A stretch of DNA of 64,000 bases. Source: Candidatus Roseilinea mizusawaensis. GTDB taxonomy: Bacteria; Chloroflexota; Anaerolineae; J036; Brachytrichaceae. The notes beneath the pieces are model-generated. The model saw only the letters and a list, made by a program, of their open reading frames with translations. It was not told the origin of the DNA and made no database searches. This document shows, piece after piece, positions 8,999 to 19,225 of the stretch; the stretch's first letter is position 1, and each line of letters begins with the position of its first letter. The stretch covers positions 39,305 through 103,304 of the forward strand of contig JAEANN010000016.1 of assembly GCA_016841965.1 (NCBI GenBank), in the 5' to 3' direction. The translations under genes were made by a program, and so were the position numbers.

Positions 8999-9382
8999 AT
9001 GCAAAATCTCAAGGTTATTGCGCAGGGGGCGCGCTATCGCGGCGGCAATCCAATGTGGTCATGGTTGTTGCACCGTGTCACCGGCGTGGGCATGGTGCTC
9101 TTTGTCGTGGCGCATATCACAGCATCCTTTCTCACCCAGCGTTTCGGCAGCGGAGCGGGCATGGCAATCAATGCTGTCTATGAGTCACCGGCTTTTCAGC
9201 TCGTGATGTACTTCTGTGTGATCTACCATGCCTTGAATGGTCTGCGCGTCATCATTCTGGATATCCGGCCCTCGTTGATGCGCTTTCAGCGCGAGACGCT
9301 CTGGCTTCAGTGGTTGACTTTCGTTCCGATCTACGCGCTTGCCGTCTTGTTGATCCTCTTGCGCGCGGCGTCGGGCGAGTGA
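8999..9382 (+). CDS. Succinate dehydrogenase cytochrome b subunit paralog (SdhC-like), orphan copy
   Basis: RYRGGNPMWSWLLHRVTGVGMVLFVVAHI and YHALNGLR parallel the operon SdhC (YRGREGHWLWLLHRVSGLGVLLF.., FHAVNGTR). ATG 8999 has a GGAG RBS; GTG 8972 is the alternative start. Confidence 0.7.
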   Translation: MQNLKVIAQGARYRGGNPMWSWLLHRVTGVGMVLFVVAHITASFLTQRFGSGAGMAINAVYESPAFQLVMYFCVIYHALNGLRVIILDIRPSLMRFQRETLWLQWLTFVPIYALAVLLILLRAASGE

Positions 9383-9401
9383 TCGACGCGGGAGGAAACT
9401 C

Positions 9402-9824
9402 ATGCAACCCGTTCACTCCAGACGACCCCGTGTCACCCTCGACATGGTGATGTGGGTATTCACGCGTGTGTCTGGCGCAGCCATTGTTGTGATCGCCCTG
9501 ATCGGCTTCTTCGGTGCCATGCTCATGGGCGCGCGCACCCAGATGGATCTGCCCACCCTGATGCGCTGGACATTCTTCCCCAACCCGAACCACGTTGTTA
9601 ACAGCAACATTCCCGATGTGGCAATTGGTTGGAGCGGCCCGTTCTGGCAGACCCTGCAAATCCTGATCGTCCTCTTTGGCGCCACGCATGGCCTGAACGG
9701 TCTGCGCGCTGTGCTCGAAGATCATTTTCGCGGCCCGCGCATTCTGCCGGCTATTCGCGCCGTCTTGTTTGTTGTGTGGTTGCTGGTCATGGCGATTGCA
9801 GTCGCCGTTGTCCTGGCGGATTGA
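9402..9824 (+). CDS. Succinate dehydrogenase membrane anchor paralog (SdhD-like), orphan copy
   Basis: 3 TM helices. THGLNGLR motif is shared with the operon SdhD (LHGLNGLR). Sits 19 nt after the SdhC-like gene. Confidence 0.55.
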   Translation: MQPVHSRRPRVTLDMVMWVFTRVSGAAIVVIALIGFFGAMLMGARTQMDLPTLMRWTFFPNPNHVVNSNIPDVAIGWSGPFWQTLQILIVLFGATHGLNGLRAVLEDHFRGPRILPAIRAVLFVVWLLVMAIAVAVVLAD

Positions 9825-9882
9825 CAGGCGCCTCCTGCTGGCCGGCGTGGGCCGGCCTTGCGCAACGCCCTGAAAAATGTTT

Positions 9883-9940
9883 CCCCGCGCGAGCGGGCCG
9901 TCCAGAATCCCCAAAAATCTGGAGGATCGCCTGCGCGGGG
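9883..9940. terminator. Nested inverted repeats (CCCCGCGC...GCGCGGGG, inner TCCAGA...TCTGGA) between convergent genes
   Basis: Outer arms at 9883-9890 and 9933-9940; inner arms at 9901-9906 and 9918-9923. Confidence 0.4.
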
Positions 9941-9998
9941 AATGTGCGTTGATCGAGCAGTGTGATCGGCCTGGCGCCGCAGCGTCGCGCGCAGTCAC

Positions 9999-10709
9999 CT
10001 ATCTGACCTTGCCGGTTGCGATAGCCTGCTTGACTTCGCCGATGGCTTTGGTCACTTCGATCCCGCGTGGACATGCCTCGGTGCAATTGAACACCGTGCG
10101 GCAGCGCCAGACCCCGTTCGAGTCGCCCAGCACCTCCAGCCGTTCGGCAGCGCCTTGATCGCGCGAGTCGAAGATGAACCGGTGGGCTTGCACGATAGCA
10201 GCCGGCCCGACGTACTCGCCGCGCGCCCAGAACGACGGGCAACTGGTGGTGCATGCGGCGCACAGGATGCATTTGGTGGTGTCGTCGAAGCGCGCCCGGT
10301 CTTCCGGCGATTGCAACCGCTCGCGCGGGCCAGGATCAGTGTCGTTGACCAGATATGGCATGATCGACCGGTAGTGCGCGAAGAACGGCTCCATATCCAC
10401 GATTAGGTCTTTGATCACGCGCAGGCCCAGCAGCGGCTCAATGGTGATCTGGCCATTCTGGATTTCGTCGCGGATCAGCCGGTGGCAGGCCAGCCGGTTG
10501 CGACCGTTGATGCGCATGGCGTCGCTGCCGCACACGCCGTGCGCGCAACTGCGCCGCAGCGCCAGCGTGCCATCGATGTTCCACTTCACTTCGTGAATCG
10601 CGTCGAGCACGCGGTCGGTCGGCTCGACTTCGACATCGTACTCGCCCCACCAGGGCTTTTTATCCTTCTCAGGATTGAAGCGCTTAATTTTCAAATGAAC
10701 TTTGATCAT
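9999..10709 (-). CDS. sdhB: Succinate dehydrogenase iron-sulfur subunit
   Basis: CAHGVCGSD (2Fe-2S), CILCAACTTSCP (4Fe-4S) and CRTVFNCTEACP (3Fe-4S). Start trimmed to MIKVHLKIKRF (ATG 10709). Confidence 0.93.
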   Translation of the reverse strand: MIKVHLKIKRFNPEKDKKPWWGEYDVEVEPTDRVLDAIHEVKWNIDGTLALRRSCAHGVCGSDAMRINGRNRLACHRLIRDEIQNGQITIEPLLGLRVIKDLIVDMEPFFAHYRSIMPYLVNDTDPGPRERLQSPEDRARFDDTTKCILCAACTTSCPSFWARGEYVGPAAIVQAHRFIFDSRDQGAAERLEVLGDSNGVWRCRTVFNCTEACPRGIEVTKAIGEVKQAIATGKVR

Positions 10710-10738
10710 GTTTTCCCTGTTTATGATTCGCCGTAGAA

Positions 10739-11623
10739 CTACAACCCAAATGCGCGCATGGCGCGCCCGATGACTTCCGGCGGGATAAGCGCCGGCGTCT
10801 TCGCAATCAACTGGTTGATCGCGCCGGGTATGCACACCACCCCGCGGCCCAGCGCGCGCAACGAACACGACACCACTGCTTCTGATGTCATCCACAGAAA
10901 CGCTGGCGTCTGTGGCAGGTGCTTGCCGCCTGTTCGGAAATTCTCGCTTGCATGGAAGCCGGTGCGTGTGAATCCCGGACACAGCGCCTGCACGGTCACG
11001 CCTCGCCCGGCCAGTTCTATGCTCAGCGTCTCGCTGAATGTGACCAGGAAGCGCTTGGTGGCGCAGTAGGTGGCATTGCCCGGCAAGGCAAAGAAAGCTG
11101 CCGTGGACGACACGTTGATGATCGCGCCCTGTTTGCGCGCGATCATGCCCGGCAACGCGCTGTGCGTCAGTCGCGCCGGCGCCTCGGTGTGCAGACGGAT
11201 CATGTCAGTCTGGCTGTGTTCAGATACCGCGGTGAATGTTCCTACGGTGCCGAAGCCGGCATTGTTCACCAGCAGCGTCAGGCGGTCCAGTTCGCCAAGC
11301 CGTTGCGCTACGCGCGCGATGTCTGTGTCGTGGGCAAGGTTTGCCGGCAGCACTTCGACCTGGACGCCGTGTCGCCGGCTTAAATCGTCGGCAAGGCGCT
11401 CAAGCTGTTCGCGCCGGCGCGCGATGAGCAACAGATGATAGCGATCGGCGGCTAGGCGGCGGGCAAACGCCTCGCCGATGCCCGAAGACGCGCCGGTGAT
11501 CGCAGCCCACAGCGCGCCATCGCCGGGGCGATATGTCCCGCCGGCGCGGCTGTGATGCACCCACAGGGCTGCTCCCACCAGCGCCCCGGCGCCGATTGCC
11601 CATTTGTGCGTTTGCCCGCGCAT
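10739..11623 (-). CDS. Short-chain dehydrogenase/reductase (SDR) with N-terminal hydrophobic anchor, embedded between sdhA and sdhB
   Basis: ITGASSGIGEA (TGxxxGxG), NNAG and YCATK (YxxxK). Start trimmed to ATG 11623, 10 nt after the sdhA stop. Confidence 0.85.
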   Translation of the reverse strand: MRGQTHKWAIGAGALVGAALWVHHSRAGGTYRPGDGALWAAITGASSGIGEAFARRLAADRYHLLLIARRREQLERLADDLSRRHGVQVEVLPANLAHDTDIARVAQRLGELDRLTLLVNNAGFGTVGTFTAVSEHSQTDMIRLHTEAPARLTHSALPGMIARKQGAIINVSSTAAFFALPGNATYCATKRFLVTFSETLSIELAGRGVTVQALCPGFTRTGFHASENFRTGGKHLPQTPAFLWMTSEAVVSCSLRALGRGVVCIPGAINQLIAKTPALIPPEVIGRAMRAFGL

Positions 11624-11633
11624 CTCGCCGCGC

Positions 11634-13406
<1,773 letters not shown>

Positions 13407-13438
13407 TCTGACTGACAGTCCTTTCTGAGTTACAAAAT

Positions 13439-13903
13439 CTAGCGCGTGATAGCGGCTGTTGCGCCGCTGGCATTGACGCCCACGATCAGCGCGATGACCC
13501 CCATTGTTGTTACCGCCAAGATGAGCACAGCGGCGGCGGCCATGAAGGCGTTGTACACGGTTTTGTTCTTCAAATAGTCATAGGCAACCTGCCGCAGCCC
13601 GTTCAGGCCATGCAGCATGGCCAGCAGCACCATCACGCCGTAGTACAGACGCCAGAACAATTGCGAGATGGTGATCGATTCGCCGGCCAGCCCCCAGCGC
13701 ACGATTGTGTCTTCGCTGGTGAGCCTGTGCGTGCCCACGATGATGTGTTGAAATCCAAAATGGCTAAGCGCCAAGAACAGCAATGCCAGCCCGCTAAAGC
13801 GCATGAACAGCCACATGGCGCGCTCGAATCGATTGCGCCCCTGTGGAATCGGGCGGACGGTGCGTCGGGCGGCGGGAGATGCAGATGCGTTCAGCGTGGT
13901 CAT
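13439..13903 (-). CDS. sdhD: Succinate dehydrogenase hydrophobic membrane anchor subunit
   Basis: 3 TM helices, LHGLNGLR motif, operon position, AGGAGG RBS. Confidence 0.7.
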   Translation of the reverse strand: MTTLNASASPAARRTVRPIPQGRNRFERAMWLFMRFSGLALLFLALSHFGFQHIIVGTHRLTSEDTIVRWGLAGESITISQLFWRLYYGVMVLLAMLHGLNGLRQVAYDYLKNKTVYNAFMAAAAVLILAVTTMGVIALIVGVNASGATAAITR

Positions 13904-13915
13904 ATCAGCCTCCTG

Positions 13916-13951
13916 CTAGTGGCCGGCCTAGTGGCTGGCCTAGTGGCCGGC
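13916..13951. repeat. 3 tandem copies of a 12-mer (CTAGTGGCCGGC / CTAGTGGCTGGC / CTAGTGGCCGGC), each carrying a stop codon on the coding (minus) strand
   Basis: Copies at 13916-27, 13928-39 and 13940-51. The third copy encodes the sdhC C-terminus plus stop (..AGH*). Copies 1 and 2 fill the sdhC-sdhD spacer. Confidence 0.85.
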
Positions 13952-14353
13952 CGCCGGCCCGAAAAACGCGTTGATGGATCCCAGCGCCATGATGATGATC
14001 GTCGGCGCGGCGAGGAGCACCACGATGATGATCGCCAGGCGCGTCGCCAGTTGCTGCTTTTGCCACAGTTCCGGTTTCAATTCCAGAATGGCGATGCGCG
14101 TACCGTTGACGGCGTGAAAGATTAGCCCAAACGCCAATGCCAGTTCGCCGATGGAAAACAGGGGGGTCTTGTACATCTCCAGCAACCGGTCGTGTATTTC
14201 GATTGAGATGAAGGCTGAGGACATGCCGGCCACGTGCAGAATGAGGAAGAGCAGCACACCTAATCCACTGACCCGATGCAACAACCACAACCAATGCCCC
14301 TCGCGCCCGCGGTAACTCAGGCTGGCGCGAACTGTCGAAATCAACGCGCTCAT
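13940..14353 (-). CDS. sdhC: Succinate dehydrogenase cytochrome b subunit
   Basis: YRGREGHWLWLLHRVSGLGVLLFLILHV and FHAVNGTR. GGAGG RBS. Confidence 0.8.
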   Translation of the reverse strand: MSALISTVRASLSYRGREGHWLWLLHRVSGLGVLLFLILHVAGMSSAFISIEIHDRLLEMYKTPLFSIGELALAFGLIFHAVNGTRIAILELKPELWQKQQLATRLAIIIVVLLAAPTIIIMALGSINAFFGPAAGH

Positions 14354-14533
14354 ACACTATGCCTCCACAAACCATAAAACTTACTGACCAACGCAGGTGT
14401 TACAACACTATCCTGCTTGCCGGTCGTGCAAAGCTTCACAAGTATAAAACGATTTATCCCTGGCTTTGCCGGTTGTTGGCGTGCGCTGGGTGCGTGTCAA
14501 TCGCCCACGCCTAGTTGTTCCTGTGCAATCAGC

Positions 14534-16849
14534 TTATTGCGCGGTGAAAGATCCCAGCAAGACGTGATCGATTGCCACTTGCCACGCTGGGCCGGCCTGC
14601 TCTGCCGCACCCGCGATGACCGGCAGGCGTTGGCCTGTCATGGCGTCGTAGAAACCCAGTGCGATGCGATAGACGCCGGGCGCAAGGTCCTGCGGCAACT
14701 GAAAGATATGCTGATCTGCGAACTGCGTTTCGGCCTGCCAGCGGGTTGTGGGGAACTGTCCGTCGAGCGGTTGTTTGTCGTGCTGCGCGCTGATCTCGCC
14801 GGCCTCGTTAATCAACTGCGCGAAAATCGTCAGATCGCGATCGGTCTGCCCCAGGGTGATCCATTCCAGCGTCAGCGTGAGTGATCCGCCGGGGGTGAGT
14901 GTGTCGCTGGAAGTCTTGAAATGGCTCAGCGCCGCCAGAGCGCCGAAGCGGGCGATTGCAGTCCGAGCAGATGGCGTTGCGTGCTCGCGCGGCAAGAGCG
15001 TTGTGCCATCGTACAGCGGCGCTCCTGGCCGGCCCGCTGCGTCCACGCTTTGCTGGATGTCTCCAGAGCCGGCGTTGTACAACTCGAACTGCGCGCGCAG
15101 CACGGTGGGCGCAGTCGCTGTGACCGGCACATGCAGCTCTACCTCGTCGAGGAAAATGTCGCCGGGCCGCCACAGCATACTCGGCCACAGGCCCTTGCCG
15201 GTGAAGGTGTCGAAGCGGTTCAACAGCGCCGTGTCACGGCCATAGAGTTTGACAGCCAGCGAATAGTTGTCGCGCTCGGCGCGCAGCGCGCGCATGGCGA
15301 CCGTCACGCGCACGCGGTCGCCTGGCCGCGCGTACTGTGGCTGCATGGAATACCCCAATACTTCGGCCAGATTGCCCATGCGCTGGTGGACGGGAATCAG
15401 GCCGGCCGGCATCTCGCTGATCAGTGGCGGCTCGTAGGCCGGCCAGATATAGCGAAACGGCGCAACCGCCGCGACCACCAGCAACGGGACGATGACGATC
15501 AACGCTGTGACAGAGACGCCCGCTGGCAGCGGCGACCGTCTCATGCGCATCAACTGCGTTGTCAGCGCGCCGATCTGTGTCACCCCAATCCCCATCAAGG
15601 TGGACACAGCAGCAATGCCGGGGAAGATCAGCCGGCCATGTGAAGCCGGCGTCATCATCGTCCAGCGCAACACGCTCACCAGCAACAGCGCCACGTGCAG
15701 CGCCAGCAACCCGATGCCCAGCACGCGCAGATGCTGCGCAGCGTTGCCCGGCTGCCATGCTTGCCGCAGTGTGCGCGCCAGCCCAATCAGCAGGCCGATG
15801 CCGCTTGCGATGAGCAAGATGTCGAACCCGATGTACACGATATCGTCGGCCGGTGCGGCGAACTGCCCGAACATGGCGATGTACGACATTTTGAAGCCCT
15901 GCCATTCTGACAGCGCCTCGGCCAGGCTGATGGCGCGCGGCGTCATCATCTGCGCCATGATCGATGTGCCGGTGAAGTCGCCGTACAGTTGCAGATTGCG
16001 CCAGTACCACCAGCCGGCAATCAGCGCCCACAGCCCCAGCACGCCCATACCCTGCGCAATCATCGCTACGGCGCGTCGTCCAAACAATGTGTGCACCGGC
16101 TGGATGAGTGCGCGCCCCACGATCGCCGCTGCCGCGACCGGCAACAGCAACAGCCCGCTCACTTTGGACAGGCTGGCCAGCCCGATCAAAATGCCGATGA
16201 CGGCAACGCGCGCCGGCGAGAAACCATTCTCATTTGTGTCCGCCGTCACAGCGCGCAGGATGACATGCAGCGACAGCGTGGCCAGCGCGATCACCAGCCC
16301 GTCATTTCCCAGTGCTGTCATCACCTGCAACAGCATGGGGTTGAAAGCGGTCAGCCCCATCGCCAGCAGGGCTACCCCTTCGTTGCGTGTGACAGCCCAG
16401 GCGATCGGATATACAAACCAGATGGTTAACAGGCCGGGGATGATGCCCAGCAGCCGCAGTGCGACCGTCGCCAGGGTGGTCTTCTCGTAGTTGAAGGCGC
16501 GCTTTTGCGGTGTGATGAGCAACAGGTTTTTGTTGCTGGGCGCGTAGGGGCTGAACGATGGCGACTGATTAGGCTGTTGTTGAATCCAGAAGTCGCTCAG
16601 GTCAAACCGGCTCATCACGGCAGCCGCGATCCAGTAGTACAAGGGCGGCTGGCTGCCCTCGCGCTGCAAAGGCGATTCGGGCCGGCCGGGAACCTGTACC
16701 GGCAACTCGCCACCATTCGCAAGATGCCACGCAAACCAGGCGTGACTCTCTTCATCGTTTTTCTCGAAGATGGGTGTGGCGAACGAGTAGATGATGCCGA
16801 GCGCGCTGAAGACGACGGCAATAAGCAAACGTGCAAAGCGTGAATTCAC
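14534..16849 (-). CDS. GT-C fold (GT39/ArnT/PMT-like) membrane glycosyltransferase with about 250-aa soluble C-terminal domain
   Basis: Many TM helices in the N-terminal ~500 aa. Early loop acidic motif EKNDEESH and QPPLYY. Paralog of the next gene. GTG start. Confidence 0.65.
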   Translation of the reverse strand: MNSRFARLLIAVVFSALGIIYSFATPIFEKNDEESHAWFAWHLANGGELPVQVPGRPESPLQREGSQPPLYYWIAAAVMSRFDLSDFWIQQQPNQSPSFSPYAPSNKNLLLITPQKRAFNYEKTTLATVALRLLGIIPGLLTIWFVYPIAWAVTRNEGVALLAMGLTAFNPMLLQVMTALGNDGLVIALATLSLHVILRAVTADTNENGFSPARVAVIGILIGLASLSKVSGLLLLPVAAAAIVGRALIQPVHTLFGRRAVAMIAQGMGVLGLWALIAGWWYWRNLQLYGDFTGTSIMAQMMTPRAISLAEALSEWQGFKMSYIAMFGQFAAPADDIVYIGFDILLIASGIGLLIGLARTLRQAWQPGNAAQHLRVLGIGLLALHVALLLVSVLRWTMMTPASHGRLIFPGIAAVSTLMGIGVTQIGALTTQLMRMRRSPLPAGVSVTALIVIVPLLVVAAVAPFRYIWPAYEPPLISEMPAGLIPVHQRMGNLAEVLGYSMQPQYARPGDRVRVTVAMRALRAERDNYSLAVKLYGRDTALLNRFDTFTGKGLWPSMLWRPGDIFLDEVELHVPVTATAPTVLRAQFELYNAGSGDIQQSVDAAGRPGAPLYDGTTLLPREHATPSARTAIARFGALAALSHFKTSSDTLTPGGSLTLTLEWITLGQTDRDLTIFAQLINEAGEISAQHDKQPLDGQFPTTRWQAETQFADQHIFQLPQDLAPGVYRIALGFYDAMTGQRLPVIAGAAEQAGPAWQVAIDHVLLGSFTAQ

Positions 16850-16855
16850 GGCGCT

Positions 16856-16861
16856 ATTCTA
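16856..16861 (-). promoter_or_regulatory. -10 TAGAAT 6 nt upstream of GTG 16849 (leaderless-type start)
   Basis: Minus strand reads TAGAAT-agcgcc-GTG, inside the 27-nt gap after the upstream paralog. Confidence 0.45.
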
Positions 16862-16876
16862 TCCACTAGCTCGCGG

Positions 16877-19186
16877 TCAGCGCACAGTGATATTGCCCAG
16901 GGGAATCGTGTCATCTGGCCGGCCTGTGGAGAAGCGCGCGAAGTCTCCGGCTGTGTAGAAGCCGGTGACGGCGCTCAACGTGCCGCTGAATGTGGCCGGC
17001 ACGTTGAGCGTGAAAGATTCGCGCGCGCATTCGCCGCGTTGCCACAGGTCGGTTGGATATCCGCCTCTCAGCGGCGGATGATCATCCTGCGCAATCAGTT
17101 GTCCGGCTTCGTTTAGCAGATGCACGAAAGCGATGCCCTCTGGATTGCCGGCCTGCCAGGTCTCGTAGGTCAGATCGATGCGCAGCGTGTCGCCGGGCGC
17201 GGCTCTGGTTGGCATCTCTGCGCGCACCAGCGCGATGCCGGCCAACATCCCCAGCGGCGGTTGTTGTGTCACCGGCACGTTGACCGCCGGCGCTTCGATG
17301 CGAAACCGCCCGATGATCGGCGAGACAACCCGGCCCGCGTTGTCATACGCGGTGAGTGCGCGCGTCAGGCTGATGCTTGCGCCGTGGCCGGCCAGCGCAT
17401 ACTCAAACAGCGCGACGCTCACCCGGCCCATGGCCGGCAGGCTTGGACAGGGGCGTTCCAACAGCACCAATCGTTCGTCCTGAAAGGTGTCACCGGCGTT
17501 CCAGTTGTGGGTGGGAAAGTTGCCGCCGGCCGGATGCGCATTGGTTGTGCCCAGCACTTCGGCGTCGCGCCCCAGCACGCTGACGCCAACAGCCAGCGTG
17601 TCGCTTGTCGGCCTCAATGCGCGCCAGGTTAATCTCACACGCACATACTGACGCATCCCCTCGCGGTCTGACCGATACACTACGTCTGCGTCTACTGCCA
17701 GCACTTCTGCCAGATCGCCCAGCCGCAACAGCGCCGGCTGCTCAGAGGCAGATGTCTGCCTGATCGGTGGCGGCGCATAGGCCGGCGCAATCACGATGAA
17801 CGGCGCGGCCAGCGCCCATGCGCCGGTGACTGAACACAGCGCAAGGGTCAGGCGCCTGGCGGCGCGCGATGATGCTGGATCGGGCCGGGGTGAAACGTGC
17901 CGCTCGATCCAAGCGCTCAGGCGCTCGACCCAGTATCCGACGCCAAAGCCCAATATCCCGGCATACGCGGTCAGCGCCGGCATCAGGTAGCGGCCGGGCA
18001 GCAGGTCGGGGTTCTGATAAAAGATGGCGCGGTAGCCCGGCAGCACCGGCATGGCCAGCCCCAGCCCCAGCAGGAGCAGGAGGCCGCGCCGTGTCTGCGC
18101 GCCGCTGTGACGCGCGCCGGCCAGGCAGCCGGCCGCTCCCGCCACACACAAAGCCAGAATCGCACTATAAGCCAGGTCGGGCATCTGCACGTTGCCCCAT
18201 CCGAACTTGCCCCAGAACGTGCGGAATGCGTTGACAAACATCTGCGGCAGCCAGCCATCACGCACCGACACCCGCAGTCCTTCGCCGATCAGGGCGGTGG
18301 GGGCCTGGGTGATGGGTTCGGCGGGGTCGCGGTTGACGATGATCTGCCCATAGTTCAGATAGTTGCTGGCGTACCACGGCGCAGCCAGAACGATCAGCGG
18401 AACGGCGACGAGCAGCCCGTTGCGTGCCACTTGTCCCCACGTCCAGCCCTGTCGCCAGGCGAGGTAGAGCAGCGCCAGCGCCGTGAATGGCACGAAGATC
18501 AGGGCGCTGTTCTTTGACAACAGGCTCAATCCCAACACCGCGCCGAGGGCGGTCATGTGTTGGGGCCGGCCTGTCGGCGTTGTTGCGCCGATGATGATGA
18601 GCAGGTAGGCCAGCGCAGCGCCCATCAGGCTTACCATGATGTCGTTATTCACCATGCCGGCCATGAACAGCACCTGTGGGTTAAATGCGGCCAGGGCGGT
18701 GCTGAGCAATACGGCTGCGGGCCGGCCGGCGAATAGCGCGCGCGCCGAGCGCGCAATCAGCCAGATCATCAACCCGCTGAGCGCTACCGACACCAGGCGC
18801 GCCATGTGCAGCGCCAGGATTGTCCCCTGCCACGGAAATGCTTCGCCGCGCTCGCGCAACAGCAGCCGCGCGCCCTGCCGGTTGGTCCCGTCGAAAGCGA
18901 AGATGTTGAGTTGCGGGGTCAGGTTGTCTGAGCGATCCACCCAGAAGGTCAGCGCAGCAACGGTTGTGTAATACAAGGGCGGCTGATGCGATTGATCGAG
19001 GAAGACCTTGCTTTCGGCCATTGCGTTGGGCAGGCTGCGTTGCAGGACGAGATGATTGACATAGGCGAAATGGCCGGTCTCGTCGTGCGCCTCCCAGGGC
19101 GGCACAATAATGCTGAACAGAGCGGCCAGCGCGATGTGTGCAGCAAGGATGATGCGCTGGTAGCGCGCCAGGTGAGAATCGCTCAT
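16877..19186 (-). CDS. GT-C fold (GT39/ArnT/PMT-like) membrane glycosyltransferase, paralog
   Basis: Same architecture as 14534-16849 (WEAHDETGH, QPPLYY, multi-TM region, C-terminal soluble domain). Confidence 0.65.
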   Translation of the reverse strand: MSDSHLARYQRIILAAHIALAALFSIIVPPWEAHDETGHFAYVNHLVLQRSLPNAMAESKVFLDQSHQPPLYYTTVAALTFWVDRSDNLTPQLNIFAFDGTNRQGARLLLRERGEAFPWQGTILALHMARLVSVALSGLMIWLIARSARALFAGRPAAVLLSTALAAFNPQVLFMAGMVNNDIMVSLMGAALAYLLIIIGATTPTGRPQHMTALGAVLGLSLLSKNSALIFVPFTALALLYLAWRQGWTWGQVARNGLLVAVPLIVLAAPWYASNYLNYGQIIVNRDPAEPITQAPTALIGEGLRVSVRDGWLPQMFVNAFRTFWGKFGWGNVQMPDLAYSAILALCVAGAAGCLAGARHSGAQTRRGLLLLLGLGLAMPVLPGYRAIFYQNPDLLPGRYLMPALTAYAGILGFGVGYWVERLSAWIERHVSPRPDPASSRAARRLTLALCSVTGAWALAAPFIVIAPAYAPPPIRQTSASEQPALLRLGDLAEVLAVDADVVYRSDREGMRQYVRVRLTWRALRPTSDTLAVGVSVLGRDAEVLGTTNAHPAGGNFPTHNWNAGDTFQDERLVLLERPCPSLPAMGRVSVALFEYALAGHGASISLTRALTAYDNAGRVVSPIIGRFRIEAPAVNVPVTQQPPLGMLAGIALVRAEMPTRAAPGDTLRIDLTYETWQAGNPEGIAFVHLLNEAGQLIAQDDHPPLRGGYPTDLWQRGECARESFTLNVPATFSGTLSAVTGFYTAGDFARFSTGRPDDTIPLGNITVR

Positions 19187-19196
19187 GCTGCGGGGG

Positions 19197-19202
19197 ATTG
19201 TA
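19197..19202 (-). promoter_or_regulatory. -10 TACAAT 10 nt upstream of ATG 19186
   Basis: Minus strand reads TACAAT-cccccgcagc-ATG. Confidence 0.4.
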
Positions 19203-19225
19203 CTGTCAGGCCGGCGCGCGCTTGC

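Noticed and set aside
9999-10982. N-terminal extensions proposed by the ORF track (sdhB to 10982, sseA to 20392, aminotransferase to 55305, response regulator to 38461, pyrH to 44286, rpsB to 45713, argC from 28728, aldolase to 58911, and others).
   Set aside because: The extensions are Arg/Pro-rich, overlap neighbouring genes or promoters, and precede internal starts that have good RBSs or -10 boxes and match family N-termini.
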